Positions 46,102-53,338 of a stretch of DNA of 57,012 nt are shown piece by piece; position 1 is the first letter of the stretch; each line of letters opens with the position of its first letter. Source of the stretch: an uncultured Thioalkalivibrio sp. (GTDB lineage Bacteria > Pseudomonadota > Gammaproteobacteria > Steroidobacterales > XN24); the NCBI GenBank assembly GCA_964413755.1, contig CAYPTW010000001.1, forward strand, positions 1-57,012, written 5' to 3'. The notes beneath the pieces were generated by a model, which did no database searches, was not told the DNA's origin, and saw only the letters and a program-made list of their open reading frames with translations. The position numbers and the translations under genes were made by a program.

Positions 46102-47186
46102 TGCGCCTGCTGCACAAGGTCGCTCACGAGCTGGGCGCCCAGGTGGACCAGGCCGAGTTGCGCGGCCTGGCGCGCAATACCTCGGACGGTTCCTGGCTGT
46201 TGCTGTTGCTGGCCGGCTTGTACCTGTTTGCCCCCGGCACGGAAATGCTCCGGCCCGGCCTGGTGGCGGCGAACTTCGCCGGTTTCGTGATGTTCTCGCT
46301 GCTGCTGCGCTTCCTGCCGCAGCTGCGGCGTCCGACGCGGCGCAAGATCCTGCTCGAGCTCGTCGGCATGATCGTGTTCGTCACCGTGTTCCTGTTCTCC
46401 ATCGAGGCGCGGGCCGGCATGTTGCTCATGCTCTACCTGCCGCCGGTGATCATCTCCGCGCTGACGCTGGGCCGCTGGCCCACTTTCGCGCTGACCATTC
46501 TCAGCGTCTGTGGCTTCCTGCTGGCGGCCTTGCTGCGCGTGCCGGGCGAGGTGCCGCCGGGACGGGAACTGGTCGAACTGGCCATCGCCCTCGCGCCCTT
46601 CCTGCTGGTCTGTTACGTGACTGCCGTGCTGGCGCACGAGATCGAGACCGCGAAAGAGCGCATTCGCATCCTGTCTGAGACGGATGAACTGACGGGGCTG
46701 TGCAACCTGCGTTCGTTTTCGCGGCTGCATCGCCAGGAGCACGAACGCGCGCTCCGGCACCATCGCCAGTACACCGTCGCGATGATGGACCTCAATGGCC
46801 TGGGGCAGATCAACGATACGTGGGGCTTCGAGGTCGGCGACCGGGCCATCATCCTGTTCGCCAACATTATTGCCCGACTGATCCGCAGCACCGACGCGGC
46901 GGCCCGGCTCGGCGGGGACAAGTTCGTGGTCCTGCTTTCCGAGACCGAGGGGGAACAGGCGGCGCGGGTGATGCACCGCATCCGGGCTGCGACCGAGCGC
47001 AGCTCCATCGAGGTCGGTGGTCACATGGTGCGGCTGTCGGTGAGCATCGGCTCGGCCGGCTTCCCCGATGACTCGCAAGCGCTGCGCGAACTCATGGCAG
47101 CGGCGGAGACCGCGATGTACCTCGACAAGGATCAACGCAAGCGGGCCCTGCTCGAAGACCTGCCGCCGGAACCCGAAGTAGGCTAG
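46101..47186 (+). CDS. Membrane protein with a degenerate GGDEF domain (GGDKF)
   Basis: About six TM segments, TDELTGLCN, DLNGLGQINDTWG and RSTD-AAARL-GGDKF. The GTG overlaps the ctpA stop. Confidence 0.88.
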   Translation: MRLLHKVAHELGAQVDQAELRGLARNTSDGSWLLLLLAGLYLFAPGTEMLRPGLVAANFAGFVMFSLLLRFLPQLRRPTRRKILLELVGMIVFVTVFLFSIEARAGMLLMLYLPPVIISALTLGRWPTFALTILSVCGFLLAALLRVPGEVPPGRELVELAIALAPFLLVCYVTAVLAHEIETAKERIRILSETDELTGLCNLRSFSRLHRQEHERALRHHRQYTVAMMDLNGLGQINDTWGFEVGDRAIILFANIIARLIRSTDAAARLGGDKFVVLLSETEGEQAARVMHRIRAATERSSIEVGGHMVRLSVSIGSAGFPDDSQALRELMAAAETAMYLDKDQRKRALLEDLPPEPEVG

Positions 47187-47224
47187 GGTATCGCCCCCGA
47201 CGATCCCCACTCAGGAGATATCCG

Positions 47225-47677
47225 ATGGCCGGTGTGCTGACTCTCGCCTGGTTCCACTATCTCGGCATCATGTTCCTGGCGGCGGCACTGGTCGCGCAGC
47301 ACCTGTTGTTCGTGCCCCGTCCCGAGCGCGCGGTGGCGCGCAAGATCGTCACCGTGGACGTGATCTACGGCGTGTCCCTGCTGGTCGTGTTCGTGACCGG
47401 CATCGCGCGCTTGTTTCACGGCGGCAAGGGCGCGCTGTTCTACATGCAGACCTGGGCCTTCCATGCCAAGTTCAGCCTGTTCGTGGTGATGGCCGTGCTG
47501 TGGCTCTATCCCGCCTTCAAGTTCTTCGCCTGGCGGCGCCAGCTGAAGGCCGGCCAGGCGCCGGTGATGGCGGACGCCGAGGCGAAACGGGTGCTGATGG
47601 CCATTCGCGTGCAGCTGCTGATCCTGGTGCTGTTGCCGCTGCTGGCGGCAATGATGGCGCGAGGCATCGGGTCCTGA
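47225..47677 (+). CDS. DUF2214 family membrane protein
   Basis: AGGAGA RBS, four TM segments, WFHYL, D..YG, TG..R...GKG..FY and PLLAAMMARGIG. Confidence 0.8.
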   Translation: MAGVLTLAWFHYLGIMFLAAALVAQHLLFVPRPERAVARKIVTVDVIYGVSLLVVFVTGIARLFHGGKGALFYMQTWAFHAKFSLFVVMAVLWLYPAFKFFAWRRQLKAGQAPVMADAEAKRVLMAIRVQLLILVLLPLLAAMMARGIGS

Positions 47678-47694
47678 CCACCCGCGACCGGCTG

Positions 47695-48423
47695 TTGCAC
47701 GGCCGGTCGCCGGAGGTCCGCACGCTGCACCTGCTGGAAGGCGCGCGTGCGGCCACGGGACTGGTGGTGGTCATCGACGTGTTCCGCGCGTTCACGCTGG
47801 CGCCCTGCGCTTTCGCGCGCGGTGCGCGGCGCATCCGCCTGGTCGCCACCGCGGCCGAAGCGCTCGACCTGAAGGCCGCGGACCCGGAGTTGCTGCTCGC
47901 CGGGGAGGAGGACGGCCGCCCCTTGCCGGGCTTCGACTTCTCCAACTCGCCGGCGGCGCTGCTGCAGGCGGACCTGGCCGGCCGCACGCTGGTGCTGCGG
48001 ACCAGTGCCGGGGTGCAGGGGCTGCTGGCGGTCGATCCCCGCCGCGAAGTGCTCACCGGCAGCTTCATCAACGCGGCAGCGACCCTGGCCTGGATCCGCG
48101 CCCGGCAACCCGAGTTGGTGTCGCTGGTCTGCATGGGCTGGAGCGCGGCCGAGCGCAGCGCGGAGGACGAGGCCTGCGCCGCCTACCTTGCCGCCGCCCT
48201 GGCCGGCGAGCCCGCGGACTTCGCCCCGGTTCCTGCCACGCTGCGCCGCGACCCCTGCGGCGCCAAGTTCTTCGACCCGGCGCAGCCGTGGTTTCCGCCG
48301 GAGGATTTCGAGGTTTGTCTGCGCCTGTCCGCACTGGACTTCGTGCTGCGACGGGTGATCGACAGCGCGGGCCGGCCCTGGCTCGAGCGGGCGGCTGCCG
48401 TGGAGCCCCGCGTGGCGCTATAG
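47695..48423 (+). CDS. 2-phosphosulfolactate phosphatase (ComB)-like protein
   Basis: VVIDVFRAFT, LAGEEDG..LPGFDFSNSP, LRTSAG and SAEDEACA. Start uncertain (TTG 47695 or CTG 47674). Confidence 0.85.
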   Translation: MHGRSPEVRTLHLLEGARAATGLVVVIDVFRAFTLAPCAFARGARRIRLVATAAEALDLKAADPELLLAGEEDGRPLPGFDFSNSPAALLQADLAGRTLVLRTSAGVQGLLAVDPRREVLTGSFINAAATLAWIRARQPELVSLVCMGWSAAERSAEDEACAAYLAAALAGEPADFAPVPATLRRDPCGAKFFDPAQPWFPPEDFEVCLRLSALDFVLRRVIDSAGRPWLERAAAVEPRVAL

Positions 48424-48467
48424 TGTGGCTCTGCGACGTGCCCGTGGCGGCGCCGAAGGACGAAAGC

Positions 48468-49370
48468 ATGAGCAAATCAGACAAGAAGAAAGCGCGGCGC
48501 GAACCACCGGCCATAGCGGTCTCGCCGATCCTCTCCCTCGGCAACCTCTACGATCGCCCTCTCGGGCGCCCCGAGGAGTGGTACACCACCAAGGGACGGC
48601 TGAAGAACAAGCCCTACGAGAGCGAGCTCGCCCGGCTGCAGGTCGAACTGGTCAAAATGCAGGAATGGGTGCGCGCCGAGAAGCGCAAGATCGTCGTGAT
48701 CTTCGAGGGGCGCGACGCGGCCGGCAAGGGTGGCGCCATCAAGCGGGTGGTCGAGAAGCTCAACCCGCGCGTGTGCCGGATCGCGGCCTTGCCGGTGCCG
48801 ACGGAGCGCGAGCAGAAGCAGTGGTACTTCCAGCGTTACGTGGCGCACCTGCCGGGTGGCGGCGAGATCGTGCTGTTCGATCGCAGCTGGTACAACCGCG
48901 CGCTCGTGGAGCGCGTGATGGGTTTCTGCAGCGACAAGGAGTACCAGGAGTTTGCGCGCTCCGTGCCGGAGTTCGAGCGCATGCTGGTGCGCTCCGGGAC
49001 CCTGCTGATCAAGTACTGGTTCTCCATCAGCGACGACGAGCAGGAGCGGCGCTTCCAGGCCCGGATCCATAATCCGCTCAAGCGCTGGAAGCTCTCGCCC
49101 ATGGACCTGGAGTCACGGCGGCTGTATCGCGAATACTCCGTCGCCAAGGACGAGATGATGGAGTTTTCCGATATCCCCGAGGCGCCATGGTGGACGGTCC
49201 CGGCGGACGACAAGCGGCGCGCGCGGCTGAACTGCATCGCGCACCTGCTTTCATGCGTCCCCTACGAGGACGTGATGCCGGACCCGCCGTCGCTGCCACC
49301 GCGCGAGAAGGCGCCCGAGCATCGGCGGCCGCACGTGCAGCGGCAGAATTTCACCCCCATAATTTATTGA
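48468..49370 (+). CDS. ppk2: Polyphosphate kinase 2
   Basis: LQVELVKMQEW, FEGRDAAGKGG, QWYFQRY, FDRSWYNR and WKLSPMD (class I-like single domain). Confidence 0.96.
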   Translation: MSKSDKKKARREPPAIAVSPILSLGNLYDRPLGRPEEWYTTKGRLKNKPYESELARLQVELVKMQEWVRAEKRKIVVIFEGRDAAGKGGAIKRVVEKLNPRVCRIAALPVPTEREQKQWYFQRYVAHLPGGGEIVLFDRSWYNRALVERVMGFCSDKEYQEFARSVPEFERMLVRSGTLLIKYWFSISDDEQERRFQARIHNPLKRWKLSPMDLESRRLYREYSVAKDEMMEFSDIPEAPWWTVPADDKRRARLNCIAHLLSCVPYEDVMPDPPSLPPREKAPEHRRPHVQRQNFTPIIY

Positions 49371-49395
49371 CAGGGAACACCGACAAGGAGGCGAC

Positions 49396-49698
49396 ATGTC
49401 CAACGAGGGATACCACGAGCCGGTAGGCGAACTGTCCGACGAGACCCGGGACATGCACCGGGCGATCATTTCGCTGATGGAGGAACTGGAGGCCGTCGAC
49501 TGGTACAACCAGCGCGTCGACGTCTGCAAGGACAAGGAGCTGAAGGAAATCCTCATCCACAACCGGGACGAGGAAAAGGAGCATGCCGCGATGGTGCTCG
49601 AGTGGATCCAGCGTCGCGACCCCTTCTTCTCCAAGCAGTTGAAGGAGCGCCTGTTCACCGACGGTCCCATCGCCCACCACGCCGACGAGGACCACTGA
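49396..49698 (+). CDS. Encapsulated-ferritin (EncFtn)-family ferritin-like protein without a cargo-loading peptide
   Basis: AAGGAGG RBS, HRAIISLMEELEAVDWYNQR and HNRDEEKEHAAM ferroxidase motifs. Ends GPIAHHADEDH, with no LxIGSL-type tail. Confidence 0.92.
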   Translation: MSNEGYHEPVGELSDETRDMHRAIISLMEELEAVDWYNQRVDVCKDKELKEILIHNRDEEKEHAAMVLEWIQRRDPFFSKQLKERLFTDGPIAHHADEDH

Positions 49699-49702
49699 AA
49701 AC

Positions 49703-50395
49703 TTGAGCGCGACGGTCGAGCCCCGCGAGAGCGCACTGCTCTCGCTGGGCGTCAACATCGCCATCCCGGCGGTGATCCTGATGAAGCTGTCGGGAGAGGA
49801 GACGCTGGGCCCGGTCGGCGGGCTGCTGCTTGCACTCGCCTTCCCGCTGGCTTACGGGGCGTGGGACTTCCACCGCCGCCGCGAGTGGAACTTCATTTCC
49901 GTGCTCGGCTTCGTCAGTGTGCTGCTCACCGGCGGCATCGGCCTGTTGCAGCTGGACCCGAAATGGATCGCGGTCAAGGAGGCGGCGGTGCCGGGCGTGA
50001 TCGGGCTGGCGGTGCTGTTCTCGCTCTACACCCCCTACCCGATCGTGCGCACCTTCCTTTACAACGACAAGATCATCCGCGTGGGGGAGGTCGACGCGGC
50101 GCTCGCCGAGCGCGGCAACCACACGGCGTTCGAGCGCACGCTGGTGCACGCATCGTGGATGCTGGCGGCATCATTTTTCCTTTCATCCCTGCTGAATTTC
50201 GTGCTCGCCAAGCTCATCGTGCAGAGCCCGGCAGGCACGACGGCGTTCAACGAGGAGCTGGGCCGCATGACGGCGCTCTCCTACCCGGTGATCGTGATCC
50301 CTTCGATGGCCATCATGATCATCACCATGTGGTACCTCTTCAGCCGCATCCGCCGCTTGACGGGCATGGACCTGGAGCAGATCCTCAAGACCTGA
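49703..50395 (+). CDS. VC0807-family membrane protein
   Basis: TTG start, NIAIP..IL, SVLLTGGIGLL, W.AVKEAAVP and AFNEELG.MT.LS.PVI. Confidence 0.75.
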   Translation: MSATVEPRESALLSLGVNIAIPAVILMKLSGEETLGPVGGLLLALAFPLAYGAWDFHRRREWNFISVLGFVSVLLTGGIGLLQLDPKWIAVKEAAVPGVIGLAVLFSLYTPYPIVRTFLYNDKIIRVGEVDAALAERGNHTAFERTLVHASWMLAASFFLSSLLNFVLAKLIVQSPAGTTAFNEELGRMTALSYPVIVIPSMAIMIITMWYLFSRIRRLTGMDLEQILKT

Positions 50396-50405
50396 GGAGG
50401 ACATC

Positions 50406-50783
50406 ATGAACGGATTCCTGGTACGCATGCTGATCACCGCAATCTCCCTGTGGCTCGCGGCCCTGGTGGTGCCGGGCATGCATCTCGCGGGTTTCGGCAC
50501 TGTGCTCGGCGCCGCGCTGGTGCTGGGCATCGTCAACGCCTTCGTGCGCCCGATCGTGGTGCTGCTCACCCTGCCGCTGACCATCATCACGCTGGGCCTG
50601 TTCCTGCTCGTGGTCAACGCCATGATGCTCGGCCTGGTGTCGGCGATGTTCAGCGGTTTCAGCATCAGCGGCTTCTGGAGCGCTGTCTTCGGTGCCATCT
50701 TCGTCAGCTTCTTCAGCTGGCTGGCCTCGGCTTTCATCGGCCCGGCCGGCCGCTACGAGGTGATGGTGGTGCGCCGCGACTAG
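50406..50783 (+). CDS. YvlD/DUF360 4-TMS 'phage holin family' membrane protein
   Basis: GAGGAGG RBS and ALVLGIVNAFVRP..LLTLP.TIITLGLF.LVVNA. Confidence 0.85.
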   Translation: MNGFLVRMLITAISLWLAALVVPGMHLAGFGTVLGAALVLGIVNAFVRPIVVLLTLPLTIITLGLFLLVVNAMMLGLVSAMFSGFSISGFWSAVFGAIFVSFFSWLASAFIGPAGRYEVMVVRRD

Positions 50784-50786
50784 CTT

Positions 50787-51698
50787 TCAGCGCCGGCCGA
50801 TCACGCGCGCGCTGATGCTCACCCACGCCACGCTGGCGATGATCACCGCCATCCCGGCGAGCTGCATGCGCGTCAGCTGCTCGTCCAGCAGCCACCAGCC
50901 GAGCACCGTCGCGATGGCGGGATTGACGTAGGCGATGGTGCCGAGGCGTGCCGGAGTCGTCTGGTTGATCAGCCACATGTAGGTGGCGTAGGCGATGCAG
51001 GAGCCGAACACCGTCAGGTAGAGCAGGCCGCCGATGCCCGGCAGGGTCCAGGTCCAGCGTGCCAGCTCGCCGTTCAGCAGGCCGATCACGGTCAACACCG
51101 CGCCGCCGATGAGCATCTGGCAGGCCACGTACATCAGCGGCTTCATGGCCACCGGGGTGTTGCGGCTGTACATGGTGGCCCAGGACCAGGCCACAGTGGA
51201 CAGCACGATCGCGGCCTTGGGCCAGAACAGGTCGCCGCCCGGCGCATCGCCCACCGGCCCCTGCGGCCACACCATGAGCGCTGTGCCGCACAGGCCGACC
51301 AGCAGGCCGATTCGCGTGGCCGTGCTCAGCGGCACCCCGCGCCGCCCGAAAGTGCCGAACCACGCGGTGAAGAGCGCGCCGCTGGCGATGATCAGTGCGG
51401 CCTGGTTGGAAGGCACCCACTGCTCTGCCCAGGTGACCACGCCGTTGCCCAGCACGATGAAAGCCACGCCGACGACCGCCGCGGTGCGCCATTCGGACAG
51501 CGCGCGCGGCGGCCGCTGGCCGCGCGCCATGGCCAGCGCGCCCAGCACCAGCCCTGCCATGATGAAGCGGACGCCGGCCAGCAGACCGGGCGGCAGGTCC
51601 TGCACCGCGACACGGATCGCGAGGTAGGTCGAGCCCCAGACGATGTAGACCACGGCGAAGGCCGTGACCAGGGCCAGGCGGGAAGCGGTTGAGTCCAT
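50787..51698 (-). CDS. EamA/DMT family transporter (YedA-like)
   Basis: VYIVWGSTYLAI, P..LAGVRF and AYVNPAIA..LG. About ten TM segments. Confidence 0.9.
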   Translation of the reverse strand: MDSTASRLALVTAFAVVYIVWGSTYLAIRVAVQDLPPGLLAGVRFIMAGLVLGALAMARGQRPPRALSEWRTAAVVGVAFIVLGNGVVTWAEQWVPSNQAALIIASGALFTAWFGTFGRRGVPLSTATRIGLLVGLCGTALMVWPQGPVGDAPGGDLFWPKAAIVLSTVAWSWATMYSRNTPVAMKPLMYVACQMLIGGAVLTVIGLLNGELARWTWTLPGIGGLLYLTVFGSCIAYATYMWLINQTTPARLGTIAYVNPAIATVLGWWLLDEQLTRMQLAGMAVIIASVAWVSISARVIGRR

Positions 51699-51769
51699 GA
51701 TGTCCTCGGGCGGGCAGCGCGCATTGTAATGCTGCAGGGCGGCCAAGACAGCAGCCCAGCCAGTGCCGC

Positions 51770-51775
51770 TATAAT
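51770..51775 (+). promoter_or_regulatory. -10 element for the POT transporter-peptidase operon
   Basis: Perfect TATAAT about 65 bp upstream of the ATG at 51841. A divergent minus-strand TACAAT lies at 51728-51723 for EamA. Confidence 0.45.
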
Positions 51776-51840
51776 GCCGGGCCTCGCCGCCTCGCCACTG
51801 GCCCGTGCGACGTCACGAAACACGAGAGGACCCGGCAATA

Positions 51841-53310
51841 ATGAATACAGTTCCGCGCGTGGGCGATTTTCTCGGCCACCCCAAGGGCCTGTTCCTGCTC
51901 TTCGGCACCGAGCTGTGGGAGCGTTTCAGCTATTACGCCATGCGCGCCATCCTGGTCCTGTACCTGGTCGACCAGGTGCAGTCCGAGGGCGGTCACGGCC
52001 TGGGCTGGACCAACGCAGAGGCGCTGCGGCTGTACGCCTGGTTCACGGGCCTGGTCTACATCACCCCGCTGATCGGCGGCTGGCTGGCCGACAACTATCT
52101 CGGCCAGCGCAAGGCGATCCTGCTGGGCGGCGCACTCATGGCGGCCGGCCAGTTCCTGCTCGGCACGCCGCACGCGTGGGTACCGGGCATGGAAATCACC
52201 GTGTTCTACCTCGGCATCGCCACCCTGGTCGCGGGTAACGGCCTGTTCAAGCCGAACATCTCGACCATGGTCGGCGACCTGTATGCACAGGGCGACCATC
52301 GCCGCGACGGCGCCTTCACCATTTTCTACATGGGCATCAACATCGGCGCCGCGCTCTCGGGCATCGTGGTCGGCATCGTGGTGGCGATGTGGGACGGCAA
52401 CTGGCAGGCCGGCTTCATCTGCGCCGGCATCGGCATGCTGCTGTCGCTGGTGATCCAGGCCGTGTGGGCGCAGAAGCTGCTCGGTGAGATCGGCATCGAG
52501 CCCGCGGCCCAGCGCGACCGGCGCGAGAACGCGCGCGTCCTGGGCCAGCGCGTGGCACTCACGCCGGTGGAGCGCGACCGGATGAAGGTGATCCTGGTGC
52601 TCGGCCTGTTCACCATCGTCTTCTGGGCCGGCTTCGAGCAGGCCGGCGGCCTGATGAACATCTACACGCACGAATTCACCGACCGCGTGCTGCTGGGCTT
52701 CGAGATCCCCACCACCTGGTTCCAGAGCCTGAACCCGGTGTTCATCGTGGTGTTTGCCCCGGTGATCGCAGCGATCTGGGTGAAGCTCGGACCGCGCGAG
52801 CCGACCTCGCCGGTGAAGTTCGCCATGGGCCTCACGCTGCTCGGCATCGGCTTCCTGTTCATGGTCGGCGCGGTGCTGGAGCAGGGCGGTGACGCCTCCG
52901 TGAAGACCAGCATGATGTGGCTGGTCGGCGCCTACTTCTTCCACACCATGGGTGAGCTGTGCCTGTCGCCGATCGGGCTGTCCATGGTCACCAAGCTGGC
53001 GCCGCTGCGCCTGGCCTCGCTGATGATGGGCGCCTGGTTCGGCTTCATTGCGCTGGCCAACTACACTGCCGGCTTCATCGGCTCGCTCATCGGCCACGGC
53101 GACTCGCAATCGCAGGTCGAGAACGCCATGAGCATTTTCGGCGGCCTGGCCGCGGCGGCGATCATCGCCGGCGTGGTGCTGTGGTTCCTCGCCGACAAGC
53201 TGGTGGACTGGATGCACGGTGCCGAGACCAAGGTCAATGTCGACCAGGTCCAGGACGAGGTTGCCGTGACCGCCGCCCACGAGGCGCTGCCCGAGACCCG
53301 CACGCCGTGA
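51841..53310 (+). CDS. Proton-dependent oligopeptide transporter (POT/PTR family)
   Basis: GHPKGL, ELWERFSYYAMR (ExxERFxYY), GLFKPNIST, FYMGINIG and GELCLSPIGLS. Confidence 0.96.
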   Translation: MNTVPRVGDFLGHPKGLFLLFGTELWERFSYYAMRAILVLYLVDQVQSEGGHGLGWTNAEALRLYAWFTGLVYITPLIGGWLADNYLGQRKAILLGGALMAAGQFLLGTPHAWVPGMEITVFYLGIATLVAGNGLFKPNISTMVGDLYAQGDHRRDGAFTIFYMGINIGAALSGIVVGIVVAMWDGNWQAGFICAGIGMLLSLVIQAVWAQKLLGEIGIEPAAQRDRRENARVLGQRVALTPVERDRMKVILVLGLFTIVFWAGFEQAGGLMNIYTHEFTDRVLLGFEIPTTWFQSLNPVFIVVFAPVIAAIWVKLGPREPTSPVKFAMGLTLLGIGFLFMVGAVLEQGGDASVKTSMMWLVGAYFFHTMGELCLSPIGLSMVTKLAPLRLASLMMGAWFGFIALANYTAGFIGSLIGHGDSQSQVENAMSIFGGLAAAAIIAGVVLWFLADKLVDWMHGAETKVNVDQVQDEVAVTAAHEALPETRTP

Positions 53311-53338
53311 CGCACATTCCTCCGCAAGGGAGAGAGCA

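Noticed and set aside
47695-48423. ComB-like gene as evidence of coenzyme M biosynthesis
   Set aside because: No comA, comC or comDE in the window. ComB homologs are widespread broad-specificity acid phosphatases.
50406-50783. 'Phage holin family' gene as a sign of a prophage
   Set aside because: YvlD/DUF360 proteins are common chromosomal membrane proteins. No endolysin, integrase or structural phage genes are nearby.
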